A stretch of DNA of 64,000 nucleotides from Euglena gracilis (lineage: Eukaryota), in assembly GCA_039621445.1 (NCBI GenBank), contig CP154954.1, positions 39,207,816 to 39,271,815 of the forward strand, in the 5' to 3' direction. The number at the start of each line of letters is the position of its first letter. Position 1 is the stretch's first letter. Shown piece by piece: positions 25,001-37,600 of the stretch. Under the pieces are notes generated by a model. That model had not been told where the DNA came from. It did no database searches and saw only the letters and a program-made list of their open reading frames with translations. The translations under genes were made by a program, and so were the position numbers.

Positions 25001-25650
25001 GCAGGCCTGATGGAGAAACTGAAAGTGAAAAAGGGACAGGGAAAGAAAGGAAGCCTGACACCTGTGTTTTTCGGTGAAAAGGAACGAACAGCTTTTCAGA
25101 CCATCAAACATAAACTGCTCAGAAGCCCGAAACTGCAAACGGTGAACCCAGACAAACCGTTCATACTCAGGGTGGTTGCAAGTGGCAGAGCCGTAGGTGC
25201 GGCTCTGGAACAATTTGCGGAGGACACTGCAGAAAAACCAGACCCAAAAACTGCCATGACCAAAAAAACAGTACCCGTAGCTTTCTGTTCACGAAAGCTG
25301 ACACCTGGGCAGGTTCGCTCGTGGTCTCCTAGGGAGAAGGAGACCTACGCAGGGATCCTGGCCCTGCAAAAATGGGCTTCCTGGATAGGAATGCAACCGG
25401 TACTGGTGTTGACGGACCACAAGTGCATTGAGGCATGGGCAACGGAGGTTCTGGACACCTCCAGTGGACCAGCTGTACGTAGGGCTAGGTGGCACGAACT
25501 GCTTTCGCGGTTCGACATAACCGTAGCATACGTACCTGGCAAAGACAACACGGTCGCCGATGCCTTGAGTAGGTGGGCCTACCCCGCCACACAGGCATTC
25601 GCCGACGTGAGTATCCACGGGAGTGAGGAGGACGACCGACTCATGAAAGA
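24995..25650 (+). pseudogene. RNase H
   Basis: ASGRAVGAALEQ, PVAFCSRKL, EKET, VLTDHK, RWHELL, YVPGKDNTVADALSR. Confidence 0.92.
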
Positions 25651-26229
25651 AATCATCAAACAGGAGGAAAAGGAACAGAAAACTTGTATGGTGATCAACG
25701 TGGCAGACCTGGCACAGGCACAAAAACAACTTCAAAAACCCGTCACTGTGGCCGTCACAACAAGGGGGGGAACCAAAACGGGTGAAGATTCGCCCACAGT
25801 GCCTGGTTCAACGGAAAACGGTGACACACCTCAAAAAATTTCAAAAACACCACAAAAACCTGCAAAAACGTCAAAGAAGTGGGTTGTGAAGGAAGCGACT
25901 GTGGTGGAACCAAGTAAAAAACTGCAGACGCAACCCCAAGGGAGACCACAGATGAGGCAGGAAACCTGATCCGACCAGACAAACCAAAAAACAAAACCCC
26001 AGAAAATCCAAACACGGCCGAGGGACCATCCACTGAGGAATACCCACCAAGGCGAAGACCCCTGGAAGAGGACCCTGTGGAACCCCTAACAACAAACGAC
26101 TCAACAAAACAACAGGACGCGCAAGGTGTGTCATCCTCAACGGGGACACCCGTTGGACCTCCATCAAGCGGAGTGCACGCCCCGGAGCTTCAGCAGGGGG
26201 AACCGAAAGGGGTGATGGACAGGGAAGGG

Positions 26230-27694
26230 AAGAACGAGTACGAAAGTTGCCCAAAGTGGGGAACTGTGCTCAAGGACCTGAAGGAAACGGGGTTCAAAAA
26301 CTGGCCTGACGGGTACCGATTCGACAACGGCAGGCTCTTCAAAAACGGTCTCCTGTGTGTACCAAGCGGGTTGACTGTAAACGTAATTCGGGAACATCAC
26401 GAAACAGCCGGGCACCCAGGGTCAGCCCAACTTTGGGACCAGATGGGAAGGTGGTTTGTGTTTGCGGACCACCAGGATGCAAAAAAACTGACAGGCAAAA
26501 TGATGACCATGTGTGAAACCTGCCAAGCAACAGAACCCAGCCACCTACCATGCAAGTGCCCCATTGAACCGACACCGATTCATGCACACCTCATGGACAG
26601 TGTTGCTATCGTTTTGTTCTCTCTACCTGAAACGACCTTTGAAGGGAAAAAATATGACACGTTGGCGTTGTGTGTGGACAGGCTGAGTGGGTGGATGGTT
26701 GCAACCTCCCACCTGGCCAAGGGACTCGCAGCGGAAAAGGTTGGAAAGGAAATGTACAAACGGTGGGGAATTTTTGGGATACCCTCGCTGATGAGCTACT
26801 ACCGGGACTCCCAATTTCCAGCCGCTTGGTGGAAAACCTTGTGCGCTGTACGTATCAGTGTGGCCTACGGGCAGGCATACCACCACCAAGCCAACGGACG
26901 GGCTGAAGTGATGTAGCGGGTCAACAAGTCCTCCGAAAACTGTCAAAACTGGCTGCTGAAAAAGGGGTACCCTGTGTTTAACTCCTACCGAACGCCTTGA
27001 AGGCCCTACACGACGTCCAGGTGAAAAGGGACTGTAACCGTACGAAATTGTGTTTGGCAGGCACAGACCGTGGGACGGATTGCCATATCAACCACAAAGG
27101 GAAGCGGAAGTGGCCACAGCGTTCTTGGGAAGGATGAAAAAACAAGACCAGTGGGTGAGCCTGGTCCTGAACGAAAAACAGCGTGAACGGGCTGAAACGA
27201 TGAACAGAAAACGCAGAGAACCACCTGCCTTGGAAATCGGCTCGAAAGTCTGGTATCAACCCGAAAGAAAACCTGGCACCGACAAACTCGAACCGAAGTG
27301 GAAAGGACCTGCGGTGGTGTTGGAACGGGTAGGACAACACTCCTACGAGGTTGAACTACGACGTGGAAACCGACAACCTGCGCACCGTTCACAACTCAAA
27401 CCCCACGTGGACAACCACTACAACAAAACCCCTGCCACCCTCTACTTTTGGTCGGGCAAAGCACAGGAGTTGGCGGTTGGCCCGGACGAATGGGAGGTTG
27501 ACAAAGTGCTGAACCACCGCAGAAAAGACGGAAAACTTCAATTTTTGATTCAGTGGAAAAACTGGGACCCGTCTGACACTCAGTGGGAACCCTTGAACCA
27601 CTTCTTCCTCCTAACCAACAAAGATGTGGTCCAACATTGTAAGAAACGGGACCTGGCTGTGGATGTGAGAGAGTTGCTTGATGGGATGGAGTGA
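26230..27694 (+). pseudogene. Integrase with HHCC zinc finger, core, GPY/F-like motif and chromodomain
   Basis: HETAGHPG...CETCQ, CVDRLS, HHQANGRAE, KLEPKWKGP, WEVDKVLNHR..FLIQWKNWDPSDTQWEP. Confidence 0.92.
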
Positions 27695-28149
27695 CGCATG
27701 TCGCATACCCCAGCGCTCTGTCACAGATGCCGACACGTCGCCACCCCCAACAACCCCGTCGCCAATCCCAACCCTACCACCCCCACCAACCCCGACAAGC
27801 CCTCTTCACCATCCCCACCATACTACCCCCACCCCTACGTGCCCTTGAGGCCCAACTTCCTTCCCCCCTGTGCCTCCGAACATCAACACCAACGCAAATG
27901 AGGCCACACCCACCACCATACCGCCCCCACCTCCATACCAACCCCCAACGACAACCCTCACCACAACGCCCTCAAGAGCCCCCACAGCCACCCCCACAGC
28001 GGAGCCCCAGCCCGAACCCCCCACAGCCGGAGCCACCGAGCCCTCCGCGGAGGCGGAGACGCTCAGTCTGCTCCAGCCCGGGCAGTTTACGGGGGGTATC
28101 GCTGCCCCTGGACAGCCCCCCAGCAACACCCCCCCGCAGTCCACGAATA

Positions 28150-30310
28150 TCCCCCCTTTGTCGCTGGATCTGGATCGGTGTTCTCGTGGCTGCTCCGCTA
28201 CTCCCCGTAATTCCGTCGGAACGTGTCAGGTTGTTCCTGACATCTCAGTTCTGTTTCCACCTTTGCAAAAAAATTTTCCAGGGAGAGCTTTGTATGTACC
28301 ACCATGAATCTGAATTGCTGTCCTGGGGCCAGGGCTGTGCCTTTTTTCATCATCAGCAGCTGGGATGCTCTGCTGCTGTTCAGGCTAGTGATGAAATCAG
28401 TTCCATCGGCTGTCACAAGGATCCTTTCGTCAGCCCCAAGTGTGGCTGGCACCAGCCCCTTCAAATTCAGGGTGGGTCTGTCTTGGTTCCTTCTTTATTG
28501 TTCTCGAATGCAGTTTCAGCACATCATTTCAGGCATCCATTCAGCGACAAATCCGTATGAATTGTCTGCGAAGGGGTGTTCGAACAGACTGTAGAGCAGT
28601 TTGAAGCGTGCTTCAAACACCCTCCGTGCCCCCAGAGTCAGTTTTCCACGCACCTGGGTTTCTGGTTTTTCAGCTCCTCCTTTATTGCCAGCTGGGTGTC
28701 CCTTCCTACTTTCGGCAGAGACAATTCCAAAATTCCTGACACCTGGTTTTTTATCCCCATTCTTGTCGTCTCTGGAGCTCCAGCCGGCCCGTCTCGTCAA
28801 GGCTTCCCTCCAAAATTGTTGTTTTCCTGTCATCTATGAGGTGTCCTTTCCGGCTGACAATAGGTTCAGGTAAACGGGGAATTTAACAAAAAAACCTGCA
28901 AAATTTCACTGGAGGAGCGGTCTGACAAAGTCTTTTGCCAGGTCTGCACCCACTGGTCCCATCAGCAGCCCAATGGATGGGGCATCCTGTGCTGCAACTG
29001 GGGCGACAACCGATTATTTACCCGCATGAAAAATGGGTGTGTATGTGCTGCCGAGTTGGGGACCTGTGTTTTGTGGTCCTGGGTTTTCTTCTGTCACCCA
29101 TGTGAACAGATCCCGCGTTCGCGGCTGTGTGATCTGGCTAGGTCCCGTGTTTTCCCGTTGCTGAAACTGCTGTTGCATCATGTTTTTGATTTCCAACAAC
29201 AGTTCCCTCTACAGTCGCTGCTGCTGTTCCAGCATTGGGTACGTCGGTTTCGGTCGGTGTTGAAATGGTTGGGAGTCGGCTGAAAGTTCAATTACAGGTT
29301 GGAGTTCGAGGTGATGGGTCTTTGACACGGTGTGGTCCTGTCTGATTGAAAGTTTCTTAAATTCTTCTTGAAAAGTTTGCACCATTACTTTTTTATGTCA
29401 GAGTCCCAACCCACACGTGGCACAGGTTCGCGGGGTCCTCGGGTTCCCTTCCAAAGCTGTCCTTGAGGCACTCAGGTCCCCTCCCTAGGCTGTGTTAGGG
29501 GATATTGGGGCCGTTGGGGTCACTGGCTGTGGTGCTGAGGCTGCTGGGAGTGGGGCTGGGGTCGCTAGCTGGGCCCCATCGCTTCTGCCCAAGCCTCCGG
29601 CTGGGGACCAGATGCCAGCTCCTGCCATGGTGGCTGTGGCTAGGCGGCTTTGCTGCAGGCGGCTTTGCTGCCTTGCTGCAGTAGCTGGCTGGGGTTCTTG
29701 TGTTTGCACCTTCCCGTTTGGCGGTTCGGTTGTCCGTCCGGACACCTGGACCACTGGCCCAGGGGCTGGGGTTTCTGGGATTTTTCCCCGTCCCCTGTTG
29801 GAGCCGGTCGCTGGGACTGCAGAGACTGCTGAGAAAGAATAAAATTGAGGGTTTAAAAACTTTTTTTGTCTTTTGTGCCAGTTCAGTCAATTCAACCTTT
29901 TTTCGGTGGCCTCCCATTTCGTTTGCCACATTTGGTTCCGATTGTGGATTTCGGCAGTCAGCGATCTACACTGCTGCCAAATTCCAAAGTGTTGTGTTTC
30001 TTGCAGTGTTGTTCATGTGATCAGGTCTGTCAGCTGTGCCTCCAACCGTGCCACCTTGTTTACCATCTGTCCCAGTGTGGAAAACAGGTCGATCCACCTG
30101 GCCTGGTCACTGGCTTCCTGCAACCCAGTCTTGAAAACGCCCTTTTTGATTCCCTTCAGTGCCATCCGGAAGGCCTGGGCAAATTCCTCTAGTTTTTGCC
30201 CTAGCCCGGTCGTTTCCTGGTTCAGACGGTCAAATCTTCTTTTGTTGTCATCTTTTGGAGCCAGGTTGTTCAAACGGCTGGTCAAAAGGGTTTGTTGTAA
30301 GGGTTTGTTG
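28150..30310 (-). pseudogene. gag: Diverged family-A-related gag fragment in the spacer
   Basis: LSLENFFAKVETELRCQEQ vs LTLDELFERVETELRCQQQ; FEARFKLLYS vs FDAHFKLLYS; GPQLGSTYTPIFH vs GPQVGSTQTAIHH. Confidence 0.8.
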
Positions 30311-30339
30311 TAAGGGGGCTGGGCCGCTAACTCACAGAC

Positions 30340-31040
30340 AGCTTCATTCTTCGCTAGGACAGTTGTGGACCCGTTGCAGTGGATGTGACAATCCCCCAGT
30401 CCCTTGCGAAAATTCACCCGCTGCGGAATGCAGAGAGCCATTCATTATGGCAAACGCGCATACCAAATATGATGCAACATGCCAACAACTGGGCTGGCGG
30501 TTGATGCCATTCGTCATGGACTGCTACGGGGGCATGGGGCAAGAAGCACGTTGCTTGATGGCCACCCTCCTCAAGGCCCTTCTGGGGCAGCGGGGAGGGT
30601 GGCAACGGCGGGCGACAGAAGCAGACACTTCGCAAAGCCTGTCATTCAGACTAATCACAGAAATAACCAGACAGCTCGTTTGGAGCTTGTATTCTTCCAA
30701 AAAAAAAATCACCCTGTCTTCCGCCCACTCACCATATGCTGTCTGGAGGCCTCCGAGGACAAAATCTCACCCCTGCCCAAAATATTTTGGAGGTGACCTT
30801 TGCTCATCAACCACTAACCACTGACCTCCGCACCCTGAACAAGTATCACTGAGCACTCTTTTGTACACTACACCCACGGTATAAACAACCCACGACCTGT
30901 GGCGGCACAGGGAGCCACAAGGGGGTTCCTCTTGTGGCGAGGGCCAAAGGAGACGTTTCCCTGGGCCCGGGGCATGGTTTTGTGAAGCTGTGCTACCCAC
31001 CTGGGAACACAAAAAAAGTGATCATTAAAAAAAAGGAAAA
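30340..31040 (+). mobile_element. 3' end of a CRE-like retroposon (RLE C-terminus, 3' UTR, A-rich tail)
   Basis: HTKYDATCQQLGWRLMPFVMDCYGGMGQEAR; A-rich run at ~31007-31040. Confidence 0.75.
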
Positions 31041-31989
31041 TCGGGGAATTGGAGACGAAGGCAGAACCTAAATGGGTACATGCATCAGAGCTATCCTTGG
31101 CCAGAAGGAGCCCTTGGAGAGAAGAACCTGTGTGTTGGCCCGAGAAGTGGGTCAACAATTGTCATGTTCGCAGTGCCTGGGATCTGAAGGCACGCAATAC
31201 CCGGCCATTGCGCACCAACCATGCAACCCGGATTAAGCAAATGAACCGAGGGAATTGGACATGCGAACCACCAGTCCAAAAGTTACATTAAAGACCAAAC
31301 GAACCCTGAAGAAAGGGATCACAAACAAAGAACGAATCAGGAACGAATCAGGAACGGCCAAAAAATATATCCTGACCATCCTCTAGGGTACAAGACGGGA
31401 TCAAGAATCCTGGATTAAGTTAGTCACTCTCTCTCTCACCATCACGCGGGAACAGGAATCCTGGATGAAAAAGAAACAGCCGAGTCAGTCCCACAAGGAT
31501 GTCGAACCTGATGCTGAAAAGCCACAAAAACTCCCCCTCTCCGCGATGTACAGTATTCCAACCCTACATGTCAGTCACTCACTCTCACCCTCACCAGGGA
31601 ACAAGAACCAGAGGCAATAAGGAGCCAAAGATGTCCGTAAGTCCAAAAGAGGGACTCCCTCCCTCCCCTAAATGGCCACAAAATTTGTCTTAAGCGGCGT
31701 GGCTGAAGTTGGTTCAACAAGGACTCTGTGTTGACAACGGAAGATGCTCTCCGGCTGCGTTGTACATCATTCTCACCCTGAACTTCCGTTCGGGGTGATC
31801 CTGTGATGCCGCTTTCAAACCACCACGTAAAAACGACTGTCACTGTCGAAAGAAGCGCAAAGGCCTCACACTTCCCAAAAGTGGTGGAATGGACAGTATT
31901 CCACGGCAGTTTCTGGACATAAGCTACTACGTTGCAAATTCAAAAACCTTTGCAAGCGACATGCAGCGGTCCAACACTTCCTCACCTCT

Positions 31990-32400
31990 CTGGCCCAAAA
32001 TCCATGCCAAAGAAGAGCAGGTTGATGACAATTTCCGCCCTGGCGATATCTTCATTTCTCGCCTTGCCAGAGAATGCCTGATCCAAAGCGACGTCACCAA
32101 CCGTCACACAAAGACCCAAAGCAAAACTGACCATTTGGCAAGAAACACAAGAAGCAGACAAACACCAGAAATGTGATGAAACTTGTTTGAGACGAGGCTG
32201 GAGTCTCACTCCGTTTTTGCTTGACTCCTTTGGCGGCATGGGACAGCAAGGTCTTTCTCTGATTTCCACTCTGCTTAAAGCCTTGTTAAGGAAGAGATGA
32301 GTTGACCTCAGCGGCGAACCGAAGCAGAACTGTGGCAAGGACTCTCACTCAGCCTGGCCAAAGAAATCTCTAAACAACTGGTTTGGAGCTTCTATCCTAC
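31990..32400 (+). pseudogene. Another CRE-like RLE fragment
   Basis: KEEQVDDNFRPGDIFI...DVTNRH; CLRRGWSLTPFLLDSFGGMGQQG. Confidence 0.75.
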
Positions 32401-32749
32401 AACTATCCTGTCAAATGACACTGACCTGTCTTCCGGTTGTCACCGCCCATATTCCCATTAAACACTTTTGCTAACCACCTTTCACCCCTTCATGGAACCT
32501 TGTTGGCACACGGCAACACAAAGAAAAAGTCAGGCTCCGTGGGTGCAGAGCTTGTTGCTGCTGTCAACTGTTTGGAGTTCGCCAAACTGTGTCAACGTCG
32601 GCAAACTTCTTATCCTGTGCCGGATGCTTTCTTTGTTGTCTGTACGGGACGGGACCTGGAACCCTGCCTGTTGTTCGACGAGGCGAGCGTCATTGAACAT
32701 TGTGTGACTCAACGTGGCCAGCAGTCGTGAACTTTATTCGTTTCAGGGA

Positions 32750-33057
32750 ATCGTTCAGCAACCTCTTTTCATACGTGATTGAATGCCGTCGCTCGGGCAT
32801 TAACCACAACCCAGGGAGTAATGTTGCCTTTCTTAGTGCGCCAATTCCCCTAGTTCAACGAGATGTTTTCGCGTTCCTTGGAGCGCGAACGCGCGGAGAA
32901 GGCAGTGTCAAAGGTGGTTCGGCCTCCATCTGACGTGTTGCAGCCTGAAGAGTTGGACCAGTTGCTGAAGGGGTTGAACTGGTCCAGCGCTTATGAGACG
33001 CAACAAACCTGGTGGTGGGGTTCACCACCGGCCTCCGCAGCGAGCATGATGTCGTAG
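32750..33057 (+). pseudogene. Possible tyrosine recombinase (Crypton/DIRS-like) fragment
   Basis: LQPEELDQLL followed after a frameshift by VVGFTTGLRSEH, resembling YR box I; short and weak. Confidence 0.3.
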
Positions 33058-33700
33058 CCCAGTGGGGTATAATCAACAGACAGGTTAGGTCTGGACTTAA
33101 CATTAATCTTTGAGCCCATTGGGGAGTTGTGATCCAGTGAGGGTTTGCATAAACTGGAGGGAGACCCTTTAAATCTGCCCTCAAGTCATCCACCAGCAAA
33201 GCTCCTTGTTGTAGATAGCGACAAACGAACTTGGGGAACTTTTTGTTGCTGGGTGTGCAAAACATGTACACCTCTGGGGGTTTTTCCTTTGTTAAATTTT
33301 TCAGAATTTTGTGAAATATGTTCATGTTCAGGGTATAATTCCCTGGTTCATTTTGTTCCCTGGTCAAGAGTGTGCAAATTGCTCCTTTGTGCGTGCCCAC
33401 ACCACCTGCAAATTGATCTGTTTTTCCTGGCAATGATACAGCAGGGGTTTTTTAAGATGCAATTTAGGTGTGGCTTTTTGCCGACCCATCTTGTTAAATA
33501 ACTGACAGCCACTTGGCTACAACATGAAGTACAATTGTTTGTTTTGGTTTCGCCAAAGATTTTAAACAGTTTCCACTGCAGCCTGCACCCCTTTGTGATT
33601 GATATGAAGGACATGCAGGTCCCTCCAAAAATCCTGCACCTTTTGGCCTGAATGTTTGTCCAGCCCCCCCCCCCCCACTGCCAGGTGCTGCGGAACCCTC
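33058..33700 (-). pseudogene. DIRS-like RNase H plus Dam-like MTase remnant
   Basis: AVSYLTRWVG (DIRS RH-like), then PEVYMFCTPSNKKFPKF...VYANPHW...CLLIIPHW. Confidence 0.65.
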
Positions 33701-34249
33701 TTGGTCGTGCCGCACAATTACAATCTTGGGAGGAGAAGCAAGAAAGATAAAAGCACCAGAACTATGATGCTGCTTACCACAAAACCCAGAGGGTGGCCAC
33801 TTTGGGGGGGGGTGAGGATATGCAGGTTATGGGGAATTCTGGCAGTAGAGTTTGGTCATTTTGCCACCCCCCCCCCCCTATGCTGACGTTCACCGTTTAA
33901 AAACGTGCTCAGCCCGCCAAATGCCGGCCCTGAACTTACTGGTCATGAACACGTTTTCCATTAGGGAATCTGTTGCAATGACACGTCTTCCATTAAGGCA
34001 TCTGTTGGCAGGCACGTTCTCCATTGGGGCATCCCTGGCAACGCCAAACAAGAAGCAAAAATCGCTTTCATGAAAAATTGGCGAGTGGGTGATAAGCCGG
34101 GTGGTCCTTAACGAGTGAGGCAGGTCAGGGGCACTCTAAAACTCAACAGAAGGCTAGGCTGCCTTGGAGCACTCCGAAACGGAGTGGCGGACATCAGGGA
34201 ACACAACGCGCTTTACACAAAAAAGAGCCATACTTTTGGTGACCGCCGC

Positions 34250-34570
34250 AAATCTTGGCAATGAAAATGATATGCCAAACCACTGTAACCCCTGTGTGGA
34301 ACCAGTTCCTTCAATCTCCAGCTCACTCAAAACGGTGGCGCCAATTAATGTCAACCAGGCAGCCAGGCAGCAAAGGTTCTGCAGGTACCCCCCCCCAATG
34401 GGGTCTGTTCACCAACTGCTGTGGGAGGAGATGCGCCCCCAAGGTGGAAATATGGCCTGCTTGATTATGTCAGGCAAGTATTACAATCCCAGGAAGTTTC
34501 GATGTCCTTTATCGACACTTACATAAAAAATGTGGAAAACGTCACGAGATATGACTCAGCACTGAGGGCT
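34250..34570 (+). pseudogene. Possible DIRS MTase C-terminus and start of the YR ORF
   Basis: GLFTNC..PPRW, then FIDTYIKNVENVTRYDSA; weak similarity only. Confidence 0.35.
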
Positions 34571-34652
34571 TTGGTGTTGGGGTTGGCGCGGGGTTGTTGG
34601 GGGTGGCGACGTGTCGGCATCTGTGACAGAGCGCTGGGCTATGCGACATGCG

Positions 34653-37600
34653 TCACTCCATCCCCCTCAAGCAACTCTCTCACATCCACAGCCAGGTCCG
34701 TTTCTTACAATATTGGACCACATCTTTGTTGGTTCGGAGGAAGAAGTGGTTCAAGGGTTCCCACTGAGTGTCAGACGGGTCCCAGTTTTTCCACTGAATC
34801 AAAAATTGAAGTTTTCCGTCTTTTCTGCGGTGGTTCAGCACTTTGTCAACCTCCCATTTATCCGGGCCAACCTCCAACTCCTGTGCTTTGCCCGACCAAA
34901 AGTAGAGGGGGACAGGGGTTTTGTTGTAGTGGTCTCCCACGTGGGGTTTGAGTTGTGAACGGTGGACAGGTTGTCGGTTTCCAGGTCGTAGTTCAACCAC
35001 CTAGGAGTGTTGTCCTACCCGTTCCAACACCACCGCAGGTCCTTTCCACTTCGGTTCGAGTTTGTCGGTGCCAGGTTTTCTTTCGGGTTGATACCAGACT
35101 TTCGAGCCGATTTCCAACGCAGGTGGTTCTCTGCGTTTTCTGTTCACCGTTTCAGCCCGTTCACGCTGTTTTTCGTTCAGGGCCAGGCTCACCCACTGGT
35201 CTTGTTCTTTCATCCTTCCCAAGAACGCTGTGGCCCCTTCCGCTTCCCTTTGTGGTTGATATGGCAATCCCGCCAACGGTATGTGCCTGCCAAACACAAT
35301 TTCGTACGGTGACAGTCCCGTTTCACCTTGGACGTCGTGTAGGGCCTTCAAGGCGTTCGGTAGGAGTTCAACCCAGGGTACCCCTGCCCGTACGCCACAC
35401 GGATACGTACAGTGCACAATGTTTTCACCAACCGGCTGTCAATTGGGAGCCCCGGTCGGAGCTCACCACCGAGGGTATCCCAAAAATTACCCACTGTTTG
35501 TACATTTCCTTTCCAACCTTTTCCGCTGCGAGTCCCTTGGCCAGGTGGGAGGTTGCAACCATCCACCCACTCAGCCTGTCCACACACAACGCCAACGTGT
35601 CATATTTTTTCACTTCAAAGGTCGTTTCAGGTAGAGAGAACAGAACGATAGCAACACTGTCCATGAGGTGTGCATGAATCGGTGTCGGTTCAATGGGGCA
35701 CTTGCATGGTAGGTGGCTGGGTTCTGTTGCTTGGCAGGTTTCACACATGGTCATCATTTTGCCTGTCAGTTTTTTTGCATCCTGGTGGTCCGCAAACACA
35801 AACCACCTTCCCATCTGGTCCCAAAGTTGGGCTGACCCTGGGTGCCCGGCTGTTTCGTGATGTTCCCGAATTACGTTTCCAGTCAACCCGCTTGGTACAC
35901 ACAGGAGACCGTTTTTGAAGAGCCTGCCGTTGTCGAATCGGTACCCGTCAGGCCAGTTTTTGAACCCCGTTTCCTTCAGGTCCTTGAGCACAGGTCCCCA
36001 CCTTGGGCAACTTTCGTACTCGTTCTTCCATTCCCTGTCCATCACCCCTTTCGGTTCCCCCTGTTGAAGCTCCGGGGCGTGCACTCCGCTTGATGGAGGT
36101 CCAACGGGTGTCCCCGTTGAGGATGACGCACCTTGCGCGTCCTTTTGTTTTGTTGAGTCGTTTGTTGTTAGGGGTTCCACAGGGTCCTCTTCCAGGGGTC
36201 TTCGCCTTGGTGTATTCCTCAGTGGATGGTCCCTCGGCCGTGTTTGGATTTTCTGGGGTTTTTTTTTTGTTGGTCTGGTCGGATCATGTTTCCTGCCTCA
36301 TCCGTGGTCTCCCTTGGGGTTGCTTCTGCAGTTTTTTGCTTGGTTCCACCACAGTCGCTTCCTTCACAACCCACTTCTTTGACGTTTTTGCAGGTTTTTG
36401 TGGTGTTTTGAATTTTTTGAGGGGTGTCACCGTTTTCCGTTGAACCAGGCACTGTGGGCGAATCTTCACCCGTTTTGGCTCCCCCCCTTGTTGTGACTGC
36501 CACAGTGACGGGTTTTTGAAGTTGTTTTTGTGCCTGTGCCAGGTCTGCCACGTTGATCACCATACAAGTTTTCTGTTCCTTTTCCTCCTATTTGATGATT
36601 TCTTTCATGAGTCGGTCGTCCTCCTCACTCCCGTGGATACTCACGTCGGCGAATGCCTGTGTGGCGGGGTAGGCCCACCTACTCAAGGCATCGGCGACCG
36701 TGTTGCCTTTGCCAGGTACGTATGCTACGGTTATGTCGAACTGCGAAAGCAGTTCGTGCCACCTAGCCCTACGTCCAGCTGGTCCACTGAGAGTGTCCAG
36801 AACCTCCGTTGCCCATGCCTCAATGCACTTGTGGTCCGTCAACACCAGTACCGGTTGCATTCCTATCCAGGAAGCCCATTTTTGCAGGGCCAGGATCACT
36901 GCGTAGGTCTCCTTTTCCCTAGGAGACCACGAGCGAACCTGCCCAGGTGTCAGCTTTCGTGAACAGAAAGCTACGGGTACTGTTTTTTTGGTCATGGCTG
37001 TTGTTGGTTCTGGTTTTTCTGGAGTGTCCTCCCCAAATTGTTCCAGAGCCGCACCTACGGCTCTGCCACTTGCAACCACCCTGAGTATGAACGGTTTGTC
37101 TGGGTTCACCGTTTCCAGATTGGGGCTTCTGAGCAGTTTTTCTTTGATGGTCTGAAAAGCGGTTCGTTCCTTTTCACCGAAAAACACAGGTGTCAGGCTT
37201 CCTTTCTTTCCCTGTCCCTTTTTCACTTTCAGTTTTTCCATCAGGCCTGCAGCCAATTCCGCGTACCCTGGAGTGTATGAGGCATAATAGTTTGTGAATC
37301 CCAGGAATGCCCGTAGGGCTGTGACCGTTTTTGGTTCCTTTCATTTTTACAAGGCCCTCAGTTTTCCAGGTGCTGGTTTTCGTTGTCAACCACCCAGCAA
37401 ATGTCCACAGAGTTCAACCTCTTTCACGAAAAATTTGCATTTCTTGATGTCTGCCACGGTGTTACTGTTTTTCCAGTGCCTCCATCACCCTTCTGATGTC
37501 CTTGTCGTGTTGTTCGAGGGTTTTGTCTTCTGACCCCTGCCATACGGTTCCTACGATTATGTCGTCCACGTAGGGGTTTGCAATGTCCTGTACCTCCTCC

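Larger units (their letters stand above)
17168..27694 (+). mobile_element. Ty3/Gypsy chromovirus family A, decayed: gag - Dam-like MTase - C5 MTase - PR - RT - RH - INT - chromodomain
   Basis: Domain order PR-RT-RH-INT-chromo from motifs listed separately; multiple stops and frameshifts; LTR pair not identified. Confidence 0.93.
3196..27775 (+). repeat. Left arm of large imperfect inverted duplication
   Basis: Collinear reverse complement of 34573-57939: CAAATGCAGTCGCCGGCAG (3196) vs CTGCCGGCGACTGCATTTTG (to 57939); ORF pairs such as 23416+/38836-, 11721-/49360+, 7094-7423(-)/53624+. Confidence 0.97.

Noticed and set aside
27719-28150. 3' LTR of family A starting TGTCACAG
   Set aside because: No matching 5' copy upstream of gag and no adjacent clean PPT; left uncalled
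27691-28560. Pro-rich 289-aa ORF and the many short or antisense ORFs in the track as real genes
   Set aside because: They are low-complexity or shadow frames of TE sequence with no recognisable domains
31049-31700. DIRS RT fragment (WDLKA)
   Set aside because: A single weak motif with no YxDD support
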